64,000 bases of DNA from Kiritimatiellia bacterium (lineage in GTDB: Bacteria; Verrucomicrobiota; Kiritimatiellia; RFP12; UBA1067), in the NCBI GenBank assembly GCA_017542055.1, contig JAFXXW010000030.1:369-64368 (forward strand), given 5' to 3'. The notes under the pieces are model-generated. The model did not search any database. It saw nothing but the letters and a program-made list of their open reading frames with translations, and was not told the origin of the DNA. Each line of letters opens with the position of its first letter. The stretch's first letter is position 1. Shown here one piece after another: positions 31,256 to 39,048 of the stretch. Position numbers and translations under genes: made by a program.

Positions 31256-31896
31256 GACGGAAAATCCTTCAATTCCAATTCCAGCAGCCGACTGAAAGGT
31301 ATGGCGTCTTCCACCTTGAATTTGCCGATTTCCGTTCGCCGGAGGCTCTCCAACGCCGCCCCCATTTCGTCCGCGATCGCCCTAACTATCGTCTTGGCGG
31401 TGCACTTGATGCGGAACGCGACGCCCTCCATTTCCAACCGGTAGACGTGCGCCATGAACTGCTCGTGCTCGCCCGTGTCCGCCACTTCGTATCCGGCCGA
31501 ACCCTCCCGGCGCACGCTACAGAAACGCGGTTCGCATTGGAAAATATCGCCCTTGAACTCCTTAAGGTCGGGATGGAACTCGCTGGCCGGAACCGCCCCA
31601 GGCACTTCCTGGCCGTAAATGTCGCCCGTATTCGTCTTGAGCCCCAACCGGAGTCTCCCCTCGTACGTCCTATCCTCGCCCATCACGCGTTCCGTGAACT
31701 TGTTGGCGTCGCCCACCAGCACCACCATAAGTCCGCTCGCCATCGCGTCCAGGCTTCCGCCATGTCCCACCTTGACGAGATTGAACTTGCGCTTGACCGC
31801 TTTCAGCACCGACGAAAACGCGATTCCGGCCGGCTTGTCCACCAGCAGAAATCCGTCCAGCCGCTCCAGCTCCCTAAGTTGCGTCAGGTTGGCCAT
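31222..31896 (-). CDS. truB: tRNA pseudouridine(55) synthase
   Basis: 224 aa with the motif GHGGSLDAMASG and a TruB core. Confidence 0.85.
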   Translation of the reverse strand: MANLTQLRELERLDGFLLVDKPAGIAFSSVLKAVKRKFNLVKVGHGGSLDAMASGLMVVLVGDANKFTERVMGEDRTYEGRLRLGLKTNTGDIYGQEVPGAVPASEFHPDLKEFKGDIFQCEPRFCSVRREGSAGYEVADTGEHEQFMAHVYRLEMEGVAFRIKCTAKTIVRAIADEMGAALESLRRTEIGKFKVEDAIPFSRLLELELKDFPSWVMPLKVALR

Positions 31897-32236
31897 CGAG
31901 ATTGTTCAGTATCGCCAACACCTCGTCGCCCTTTTCGAGCGAACGGTCGAGCTGGAACAACAGGCGCGGCGTGAATTTGAGCCGCACTTCCTTGTTGACG
32001 AGCGCCTGGAACTTCCGGGCGTTGTGCCGGAGGTGCTGGATGGCCGTTTCCTTGAGCGCGTCGTCCCCGAAAACGGAAATCCCCACTGTCGCGTCGCGCA
32101 GATCCTTGCCGCACTTGACTCCGGTCACCGTGATGAAGCCGGGCGGCACCGAGTCGCCCTGCATCACGGTGAACATCCCCTCGGCGATCACCCGCTTGAG
32201 GAGACTGTTGATCCGCTCGAGCCGGTCTACCGCCAT
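31874..32236 (-). CDS. rbfA: Ribosome-binding factor A
   Basis: 120 aa from the ATG at 32236 (TGATG overlap with the infB stop). The sequence RINSLLKRVIAE...VTGVKCGKDLRDATV is RbfA-like. Confidence 0.85.
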   Translation of the reverse strand: MAVDRLERINSLLKRVIAEGMFTVMQGDSVPPGFITVTGVKCGKDLRDATVGISVFGDDALKETAIQHLRHNARKFQALVNKEVRLKFTPRLLFQLDRSLEKGDEVLAILNNLDGQPDAT

Positions 32237-34770
32237 CAGAGACTCCTCGGGAGTTCCTCGAGGACGTAGCACTCTACCGTGTCGCCCGTCTTGAACTCTT
32301 CGTAATCCTGGAAGCAAATGCCGCACTCCTGCTGGCCGGTGACTTCCTTGACCTCGTCCTTGAAGTGCCTGAGCGTCTGCACGCGGCCTTCCCAGATCAT
32401 CTGCTTGTTGCGGAAGATGCGATAGCGCTCCTTGGCCACGAGCACGCCGTCCAGCATCTGCGAACCGGCGATCTTGCCCAGCTTGCCGATGTCGTAGATG
32501 GCCTTGATCTCCGCGTGACCCTTGACCACTTCCTTGTATTCGGGCGGCAAGAGGTCCATCATCGACTGCTTCACGTGGTCGATGAGTTCGTAGATGATTC
32601 GGAAACAGTTGATGCGCACGCCGTCGTGACGCGCCTGCTGCTGCACGCCGGAATCGCTGCCCACGTCGAAGCCCACCACAATCGCCTTGCCCGCAGCCGC
32701 GCTCTTGGCGTCCGTCAGCGACACGTTGCCCGTGCCGGTGCCGATGATGTTGAGCCCCACCTTCTCGCTCTTGATCTGCTCGAGCGCCTGGACGATTGCC
32801 TCCAGCGAACCTTGCGTGTCGGACTTGACCACCACGTTAAGTTCCTTCTTGCCCTCGGCCGCCATGCGCGACATCAGCATGTCCAAAGTGGCCGCCTTGT
32901 TGTTGGCGAGCGCCTCTTCCTTCTTCTCCTGGGCGGTCTGTTCCGCCAGAGTGCGCGCACGCTTTTCGTCCAGCATCACGCGGAAATCGCTACCGGCTTC
33001 GGGGACGCCGCTCAGACCCGTGCACTTGACTGGCGTGGCCGGAGGCGCTTCCTTGATGCGCCGTCCGTGATCGTCGATGAGCGCGCGGACCTTGCCGAAA
33101 TGCTCGCCGATCAAGATGGCGTCTCCCACCTTCAAGGTGCCGCCCGTCACCAGCAAAGTGGCGCACGGACCCAAACCCTGCTGCAGCTCCGACTCGATCA
33201 CGTAGCCGTTCGCGCGGCGATTGGGGTTGGCCATGAGTTCCAGCACTTCCGCCTGCACGAGGATGTTTTCGAGGAGCGAATCCACGCCCTCGCCCGTGAT
33301 GCCGGACACCGGACAGCAGATGATGTCGCCGCCCCAGTCTTCCGGCGTGAGACCCGCCTTCTGCAGCTGCTGCTTGACGCGATCCACGTTGGCCGTAGGC
33401 TTGTCGCACTTGGTGATGGCCACCATGATCTGCACGCCCGCCTGCCGCGCCACCTTGATGCACTCTTCGGTCTGCGGCATGATACCGTCGTCGGCCGCTA
33501 TGATGAGCACCGCGATGTCGGTGATCTGCGCACCCCGGGCCCGCATGCTCGAAAAAGCCGCGTGCCCCGGCGTATCCAAAAACGTGATCTTCTTCCCGGC
33601 CACGTCCACCTGGTAGGCGGAAATCTGCTGGGTGATGCCGCCAGCTTCGCCGGCCGCCACGTGCTCCTTGCGGATCCAGTCCATGAGCGTCGTCTTGCCA
33701 TGGTCCACGTGACCCAGGAACGTGATCACCGGAGCGCGCGGCTTCAAAGTCTCGGGCGGATCTTCCGGAATGAGGTCGTCCGCGTCGATGGCCTTCAGGA
33801 CCGGCTTGGCCGTGGCCTTGTCGCGCGCATGTTCCACGATCACCTTGAAACCGTACTTCTCCGCCACCTTGGTGGCCACGTCCGGCTCCACGCGCTGATT
33901 GATGGAGGCGAGAACCTTGAGCATCATCAGATCGGCGATGAGGCGGTTGGGCTTGATGCCCAGCTTGATCGCCAGATCCTTCACCACTACCGCGCCGCGA
34001 ATGCTGATTTCCTTGCTCTCTTCGTTGACGCTGATGCGACTCGAAGGCGTGGCCGCAGCGGCAGCCTTGTGCTGGTTGCGGTCGAAGCCCTTCGTGTTCT
34101 CCCGGTCGCGCCGGTCCCCCCGGTCCCGACCCGTCGCCCCCTTGCCCGGCTTGGGCTCGCTCACCGTCACCTGCACCTTGGGCGCTTTGGGCTTGGGCGT
34201 GGCCGTAACCGAAATCGTAATGCCGCCCGACGCGGGCTTGGTCCGCTGAAGCGGTTTGAAGCCGCTGCTATTGAGTCCCACCGACCCGAACGCCACCGGC
34301 TTGACCGGAGCCGCCTTGGGCTGCGCTTTGGGCTCCACTGCCGGCTTGGGCGGAGGAGTCTTGGCTTCCGGCCTGGTCTCGGTCTTGGGCGCTTCCGGCT
34401 GGGGCGCCGCTGCCGGAGCGGGCTGTTCCACCACTTCCGGCCGGGGAGCCTCTTCCTTCACTTCCACCTTGAGCGTATAGACCTTGCGGCTCGCATAGGC
34501 GCGCTTGGCCGTCTCCTGGCGACGCGAAAGCGCCTCGTCGTCGGCCGCCTTGCGCGACCTGGCCGCAGCCGCCACCTTGTCCGCCTTGGCCTTGCGCTTG
34601 GCGGCCAAAGCGTCGCGATCCACGCCCGAAAGCGCCTTTTTAAGCGACTCCACGTCGGCGTCGAACACCTTGCTGATGGCCGAAGTCAAATCGAAACCGG
34701 CCTGGTCGGCCGCCTGCAACACGTCGCCGGAAGAAACCCCCAGCTCTCTCGCCAATTCGAAAACTCGCAT
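32236..34770 (-). CDS. infB: Translation initiation factor IF-2
   Basis: 844 aa with the GTPase motifs [14 protein letters not shown] and TKCD, and a low-complexity N-terminal region. Confidence 0.95.
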   Translation of the reverse strand: MRVFELARELGVSSGDVLQAADQAGFDLTSAISKVFDADVESLKKALSGVDRDALAAKRKAKADKVAAAARSRKAADDEALSRRQETAKRAYASRKVYTLKVEVKEEAPRPEVVEQPAPAAAPQPEAPKTETRPEAKTPPPKPAVEPKAQPKAAPVKPVAFGSVGLNSSGFKPLQRTKPASGGITISVTATPKPKAPKVQVTVSEPKPGKGATGRDRGDRRDRENTKGFDRNQHKAAAAATPSSRISVNEESKEISIRGAVVVKDLAIKLGIKPNRLIADLMMLKVLASINQRVEPDVATKVAEKYGFKVIVEHARDKATAKPVLKAIDADDLIPEDPPETLKPRAPVITFLGHVDHGKTTLMDWIRKEHVAAGEAGGITQQISAYQVDVAGKKITFLDTPGHAAFSSMRARGAQITDIAVLIIAADDGIMPQTEECIKVARQAGVQIMVAITKCDKPTANVDRVKQQLQKAGLTPEDWGGDIICCPVSGITGEGVDSLLENILVQAEVLELMANPNRRANGYVIESELQQGLGPCATLLVTGGTLKVGDAILIGEHFGKVRALIDDHGRRIKEAPPATPVKCTGLSGVPEAGSDFRVMLDEKRARTLAEQTAQEKKEEALANNKAATLDMLMSRMAAEGKKELNVVVKSDTQGSLEAIVQALEQIKSEKVGLNIIGTGTGNVSLTDAKSAAAGKAIVVGFDVGSDSGVQQQARHDGVRINCFRIIYELIDHVKQSMMDLLPPEYKEVVKGHAEIKAIYDIGKLGKIAGSQMLDGVLVAKERYRIFRNKQMIWEGRVQTLRHFKDEVKEVTGQQECGICFQDYEEFKTGDTVECYVLEELPRSL

Positions 34771-34776
34771 AGTCCC

Positions 34777-36072
34777 TTATTCCTCCTCGCTGTCCGTTGC
34801 CGCTTCCTCGCCGCTGACCAGCTTGTGCACCGCCTCGGCCGCCGCGTAGACGCCCTTGGCCGTAACCTCGTCGAGACCCGTCGCCGCGATGAAGCTGGGC
34901 TCGTCCACGTAAATGATGCCCTCTACCGTGAGGAAGCCCGCATCGGCGATCTGCGTGGCCACCGCCGTAGACACGCTGAAGGTCTCCGCCAGTTCCTTGA
35001 TGGCTTCCGCCTTCTGGTCTTCGAAGCTCGCGGTGGCCATCGACTTCTTCACTTCCACGTGCCAGCCCGTCAACCGCGTGGCCAGCCGGACGTTCTGTCC
35101 GCGCTTGCCGATCGCGAGCGAATACTGGTCGGGGGCCGCCACCAGATGCACCGTGTTGGGCAGCACCTGGTCCACCTCGATCGACTCGAACTTGGCCGGC
35201 GCCAACGCCTGCTGCACGTATTGGCGGATATCCTCGTTCCAACGCACGATGTCGATCTTCTCGCCCGAAAGCTCGTTCACCACGTTCCGCACCCGGCTGC
35301 CGCGCTGACCCACGCACGCGCCTACCGGATCGATATTCTCGTTGTCGGTCCGCACCGCCAGCTTGGCCCGGAAGCCCGGATCGCGGCTCGACCCCATGAT
35401 TTCCACCACGCCGTCGCTGATTTCGCTCACTTCCAGCCGGAAGAGCGCCTCCAGGAACTTGTTGGAGCTGCGGCTCAAAGTGACGGACGGGCCCTTAGCT
35501 TCCGGATCAACCCTCAAAACGAGCGCCCGGATGGGATCTCCCACCTGGTAGTTCTCGGTCGGAATGCGTTCGCGCGCCGGCATCACCATCTCGGTCTTGC
35601 CCACCATCACGTACGTGTCGCCGCGCACAACCGCGCTCACGGTGCCGCTGATGATATCGCCCACGCGATCGCGATACTCGCTGAAAGTGTTGGTGCGTTC
35701 GGCTTCGCGGATCTTCTGCATGATCATCTGGCGCGAAGTCTGCGCCGCGATGCGTCCCAGCTTGGAAGCCGGCATCTCGATCTCGATGGGGTCGCCCTCC
35801 TTCACCGGATTGCCGTGATTGAAACGAACCGCGCGCGCCAACGGAATGAAGCCCGGGCCCGTCTCTTCGTCGGACGCCACGAGGGTATCGTAGACATGGA
35901 GCGAAAGATCCTTGCGGTCGATGCTGACGCGGAGATCGTTGGTGACGTTGTGGTTCTTGCGCGCCGCCTGCTGAATGGCCTGCTCGATCGCGGTAATCAC
36001 GATTTCACGGCTCACCCCGCGCTCGTTTTCGATGTGCTGCACCACCGCCAGCAACTGGTTGTTCATCGCCAT
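34777..36072 (-). CDS. nusA: Transcription termination/antitermination factor NusA
   Basis: It starts at MAMNNQLLAVVQHIENERGV (ATG 36072, preceded by an AAGGAG SD). S1 and tandem KH domains are present. There is no rimP upstream. Confidence 0.95.
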   Translation of the reverse strand: MAMNNQLLAVVQHIENERGVSREIVITAIEQAIQQAARKNHNVTNDLRVSIDRKDLSLHVYDTLVASDEETGPGFIPLARAVRFNHGNPVKEGDPIEIEMPASKLGRIAAQTSRQMIMQKIREAERTNTFSEYRDRVGDIISGTVSAVVRGDTYVMVGKTEMVMPARERIPTENYQVGDPIRALVLRVDPEAKGPSVTLSRSSNKFLEALFRLEVSEISDGVVEIMGSSRDPGFRAKLAVRTDNENIDPVGACVGQRGSRVRNVVNELSGEKIDIVRWNEDIRQYVQQALAPAKFESIEVDQVLPNTVHLVAAPDQYSLAIGKRGQNVRLATRLTGWHVEVKKSMATASFEDQKAEAIKELAETFSVSTAVATQIADAGFLTVEGIIYVDEPSFIAATGLDEVTAKGVYAAAEAVHKLVSGEEAATDSEEE

Positions 36073-36149
36073 GGTCTTTCGCTCCTTTTTGTCAAAAATC
36101 AATGCTCACGCGCCATGTGAACCACCTGATTCACCGCGTGAATGTGTAT

Positions 36150-36179
36150 ATTATACCATATTTTATCCCCAAAAGTCAA
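36150..36179 (-). promoter_or_regulatory. Promoter of the nusA-infB operon
   Basis: TTGACT-N18-TATAAT within GATAAAATATGGTATAATA. Confidence 0.7.
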
Positions 36180-36342
36180 TAGGAAAAATGCACATTCACA
36201 TCGTAAAGCATCACATGATTCATTCCATAGCCCATACTGAAATTCACCGTGCAAGTGAACTCAACCGTTTGCTAGCCAGCCGGAATCTCGATTTCTCCGG
36301 ACGAAATCTTGTCAGCGGAATCTGCAAAAATCCCACTGCGTA

Positions 36343-36441
36343 GGGGGTGCGCACCCCCTCCCCCTATCGCCCAATAGGGCGTCACCCCCTCGCCATACGG
36401 GGCGACACCCTAGGGGGTGCCCACCCCCCTCGCCCCTACCC
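36343..36441. repeat. GC-rich 99-bp dispersed repeat, copy A
   Basis: GGGGGTGCGCACCCCCTCCCCCTATCGCCCAATAGGGCGTCACCCCCTCGCCATACGGGGCGACACCCTAGGGGGTGCCCACCCCCCTCGCCCCTACCC. It differs from copy B at 3 of 99 positions by hand alignment. Confidence 0.85.
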
Positions 36442-36485
36442 CTTCTCGAATTCAACCAATACCCCAAAAGCATATTGGCATATTT

Positions 36486-36504
36486 GCGCTTACTATATAA
36501 GCGC
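36486..36504. repeat. Palindrome GCGCTTA-ctata-TAAGCGC downstream of repeat copy A
   Basis: Read directly from the sequence. It is the counterpart of the palindrome at 50049..50068. Confidence 0.8.
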
Positions 36505-36712
36505 TTGCAAATATGCAACCGTTTTGGCAGACCCTAAAAAACGATACGCTGCCAATTTGCCAAAATGGGCAAAATTGCTACTTTGTGCTAAAATTCAGCA
36601 CTTTTCTGCTTATTCTTACCCTTCCATCCCTCTCCTACATCATCAAATCCTTCCTCTTCAATACAGGAGGTGGAGAACTATGTTCTAAGATATGTTCTTT
36701 ATGTTGATAGGA

Positions 36713-36767
36713 GGAAATTATTTCCGTTTGACCGGAAACTATTTCCTCTTGAATGGAAATAAATTCC
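36713..36767. promoter_or_regulatory. Three 13-bp palindromes GGAAAnnnTTTCC phased at exactly 21 bp (candidate operator or iteron array)
   Basis: GGAAATTATTTCC lies at 36713, GGAAACTATTTCC at 36734 and GGAAATAAATTCC at 36755. Confidence 0.6.
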
Positions 36768-36815
36768 TCTCAATCGACCAAATCCAGCTCGCGAGCAATC
36801 GCGGAATGTCCGCTT

Positions 36816-37484
36816 TTACGGCAAATAGCGGTAGCCGGTGCCGTAGACGGTTTCGATGTGGCGACTCAAGGCCGGGCCCAGCTTCTTGCGCAAACCCGCG
36901 ATCCGGGTGTCCAGCGTGCGGTTGGTGCCGTCGTAGGTGGCGCCCCAAATTCCGGCGATCATGTTCTCGCGCGACACCGCATCGCCCGGATGCGCCGCCA
37001 GAAAGTGCAGAATGTCGGTTTCGAGTTCGGTAAGGTCGATTTCGCCCAGCTTGCGCCGGTCCGCATCCACCTTGTGGCCCGCAAACGCGAACATCCGCGA
37101 CCCGGAGCCAGACATGTTGACCCCGCTGCGCCGCAACAGCGCCGCCACCCGCGCACGCAATTCCCGCACGCCGAAAGGTTTGGTCATGTAATCGTCCGCG
37201 CCGATGCCCAGCCCCTGCACCTTGTCGGACTCGGAACTCTTGGCCGTCAGCATCATGATCGGCACGTGGCGGTCGTGCTCGCGAATCGCCAACAGCACGT
37301 CCCACCCCGACTTCTTCGGCATCATCACGTCGAGAATCATCAGATCGGGATGCTTTTCGCGATAGGCGACGAGCGCCGCCTCGCCGTCGGCGCACGCCCT
37401 GACGCGAGCGTTGTCCCGCTCCAACGCCACCCCCACCCATTCGCGAATGTCGGGGTCGTCCTCGGCCAACAGAATATCGGTCAT
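36816..37484 (-). CDS. OmpR/PhoB-family response regulator
   Basis: 222 aa from the ATG at 37484. The receiver domain has DD...D(52)...K, and the winged-helix output domain ends in TVYGTGYRY. The ATG overlaps the kinase stop (ATGA). Confidence 0.9.
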   Translation of the reverse strand: MTDILLAEDDPDIREWVGVALERDNARVRACADGEAALVAYREKHPDLMILDVMMPKKSGWDVLLAIREHDRHVPIMMLTAKSSESDKVQGLGIGADDYMTKPFGVRELRARVAALLRRSGVNMSGSGSRMFAFAGHKVDADRRKLGEIDLTELETDILHFLAAHPGDAVSRENMIAGIWGATYDGTNRTLDTRIAGLRKKLGPALSRHIETVYGTGYRYLP

Positions 37485-38437
37485 AGCTTGAACTCGAACA
37501 CGAGACCCTTTTCGCCGTTCCGCGCAACCGTCAAGTCGCCGCCCATGCCGCGCGCCAACTCCCGCGCGATGCTGAGACCCAAACCCGACCCTCCGGTTTC
37601 GGCCGTGAGCCGGTTGTCGCCGCGCCAGAATCGATCGAACACGCGCTTCAAGTCCTCCGGAGCAAGCCCCGGCCCCTCGTCCCGCACCTTGAGGGAGCCG
37701 CCCTCCACCTCCACCCGGACGGGACCGGAATTGGCCGCGTACTTGGCGGCATTGTCCAAAAGACACGCCAAAATCTGCCGGACCGCGCCATCGTCGCACC
37801 GGACCGGACATTCGCCTGCCGTCACTTCCAAGCCCAAAGGAAACCGCTCGCGCATGGACTCGGCCACCTCTTGCGCCAGCCGACCCAAGTCGACCGATTC
37901 CAGCCGGAAACTGCGCCGGCCCTTCTCCAGCCGGGAAAAATCGAGCGCGTTCAAGATGAGCGCTTTGAGCCGCTCGCTCTCGTTGGCAATGGCCTTGAGC
38001 GCCTTTTGACGACGCTCGGCCGAAATCCCCTCGTCCTGCGCCAGTTCCGCGCAAAGGCAGATGGTGGTCAAGGGCGTTTTGAATTCGTGGGAGATGTTGG
38101 AGAGAAAATCGGTCTTCTGGCGCGACTCTTCCCGGGCTTTGCGCGCCGACTTCATCAGCACCCAGCCGCCCGAAACGGTCGATAGCGCCGCCAGCCCCAA
38201 CACGCCGGCCACGATCCAGCGGAAGCGGTCGCCCTCGTAACGCTCGGACCAGGGACCCGGCCGGCGTCCCCGCATCGGCGGACGATGACGACCCTCCGGC
38301 GCCATCTCCATCCGACAACATTCGGGCCGGGGCGCGGGAGCGCGATGCTCCAACGTCACCAGCCGCAAAACGAGCAGCAGCAGGATCGCCGCCGGCAACC
38401 CCACTGCTGCAAGGAATAATTTAAGTTCCTTGGCCAT
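37481..38437 (-). CDS. Sensor histidine kinase with a short Pro/Arg/Cys-containing periplasmic loop
   Basis: 318 aa with two TM segments flanking about 55 aa (…RPECCRMEMAPEGRHRPPMRGRRPGPW…). It has the H box SHEFKTPL, an N box and a G box (GSGLGLSIA). Confidence 0.85.
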   Translation of the reverse strand: MAKELKLFLAAVGLPAAILLLLVLRLVTLEHRAPAPRPECCRMEMAPEGRHRPPMRGRRPGPWSERYEGDRFRWIVAGVLGLAALSTVSGGWVLMKSARKAREESRQKTDFLSNISHEFKTPLTTICLCAELAQDEGISAERRQKALKAIANESERLKALILNALDFSRLEKGRRSFRLESVDLGRLAQEVAESMRERFPLGLEVTAGECPVRCDDGAVRQILACLLDNAAKYAANSGPVRVEVEGGSLKVRDEGPGLAPEDLKRVFDRFWRGDNRLTAETGGSGLGLSIARELARGMGGDLTVARNGEKGLVFEFKL

Positions 38438-38946
38438 TATTCGGCCGGTTCGGCTTCAACCTCGGCCTCGGGGGCGGGCGGAGGCGGAGGCGGGCATTCG
38501 CCGCGTCCGCACTCGGGCTTGGGGCCGCACTCGCAACCGGGCTTGGGACCACGTCCGCACTCGGACATGGGACCGCGCTTCATTCCGTGCGGACCGCGAG
38601 GACCCTTGGGCCCCATCATGCGACCGAAATCCACGTTCAGCACGATCCGGGGCGCCGGGGGGCAGGGACGCTTGTCGCACGCTTCGCCTTGGGGCGGGGC
38701 GGGCAACTTGGCCGCGAACTCCTGGTGCTTGCGGACGATTTCGTCGATCGCCGCAGCCACTTCCGCCTTGTACGCCTCCACCTTTTCGGGGCTGAGATCC
38801 TGATCGAGCACCAGCATCACCGGCTTGGGACCGCGACACTTCCTCTCGCATCCGGGACGTGGACCCTCGCACTTGGGACCCTCCGGGCATTCGGCCATCG
38901 CCACTCCCGCGAGCGCGACAACCGCCATCATGATCAGTTTCTTCAT
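38437..38946 (-). CDS. Secreted Cys/Pro/Gly/Met-rich protein, candidate periplasmic accessory or metal/redox-binding partner of the kinase
   Basis: About 169 aa from MKKLIMMAVVALAGVAMA (ATG 38946, GGAG SD). 11 Cys fall in an N-terminal cluster (CPEGPKCEGPRPGCERKC), a central pair (CDKRPC) and a C-terminal cluster (CGRGPKPGCECGPKPECGRGEC) around a helical core. It also has the tract MMGPKGPRGPHGMKRGPM. Its stop overlaps the kinase ATG (TAATG). Confidence 0.6.
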   Translation of the reverse strand: MKKLIMMAVVALAGVAMAECPEGPKCEGPRPGCERKCRGPKPVMLVLDQDLSPEKVEAYKAEVAAAIDEIVRKHQEFAAKLPAPPQGEACDKRPCPPAPRIVLNVDFGRMMGPKGPRGPHGMKRGPMSECGRGPKPGCECGPKPECGRGECPPPPPPAPEAEVEAEPAE

Positions 38947-38985
38947 AGGCTGTCTCCTTTCTGGTTTTCCGTTGAAGATGCCCAT

Positions 38986-39048
38986 ATTATATCATATTTC
39001 GCCCGGAACGATTGTCACCAGATTGTGACATCCGCTAAATGCGATTGT
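38986..39048 (-). promoter_or_regulatory. Extended -10 promoter of the Cys-rich protein/HK/RR operon, with three phased ACAATC repeats in place of a -35 box
   Basis: The -10 region reads GCGAAATATGATATAATA, with the hexamer at 38986..38991. ACAATC (plus strand GATTGT) occurs at 39010-15, 39021-26 and 39043-48, giving 11-bp and 22-bp spacing. The inverted repeat TGTCAC-N6-GTGACA lies at 39013..39030. Confidence 0.6.

Noticed and set aside
32365-36120. Very long plus-strand ORFs of 1251 aa here, 874 aa at 5858..8482, 786 aa at 11631..13991 and 550 aa at 23808..25460, among others.
   Set aside because: They are antisense to strongly recognisable genes (infB/nusA, fucI, the kinase and uvrD). Their composition is Arg/Gly/His/Leu/Val-rich, which is typical of stop-poor shadow frames in GC-rich DNA. 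They have no recognisable domains and no promoter motif in front of them.
36312-36688. ORFs crossing the 99-bp repeat: 36312..36518(-) and 36347..36688(+), with 49772..50104(-) and 49893..50123(+) at the other copy. They give similar peptides such as GRGEGG.HPLGCRPVWRGGDALLGDRGRG.
   Set aside because: The peptide similarity is only the translation of the shared DNA core. Outside the core the frames diverge because of an indel. There is no SD or promoter, and the composition is low-complexity Gly/Pro/Arg.
36520-36815. Replication-origin or plasmid-iteron interpretation of the AT-rich spacer containing the 21-bp repeats.
   Set aside because: I could find no DnaA-box-like TTATCCACA words, there is no rep or dnaA gene nearby, and gene orientation does not switch across the region.
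36692-37033. A 113-aa plus-strand ORF beginning MFFMLIGGNYFRLTGNYFLLNGNKFL, with a 7-residue periodicity and an upstream AGGAGG.
   Set aside because: The periodic peptide is just the 21-bp DNA repeat read in frame. The remaining roughly 70 codons are antisense to the response-regulator winged-helix region. I keep only the DNA repeat as a finding.
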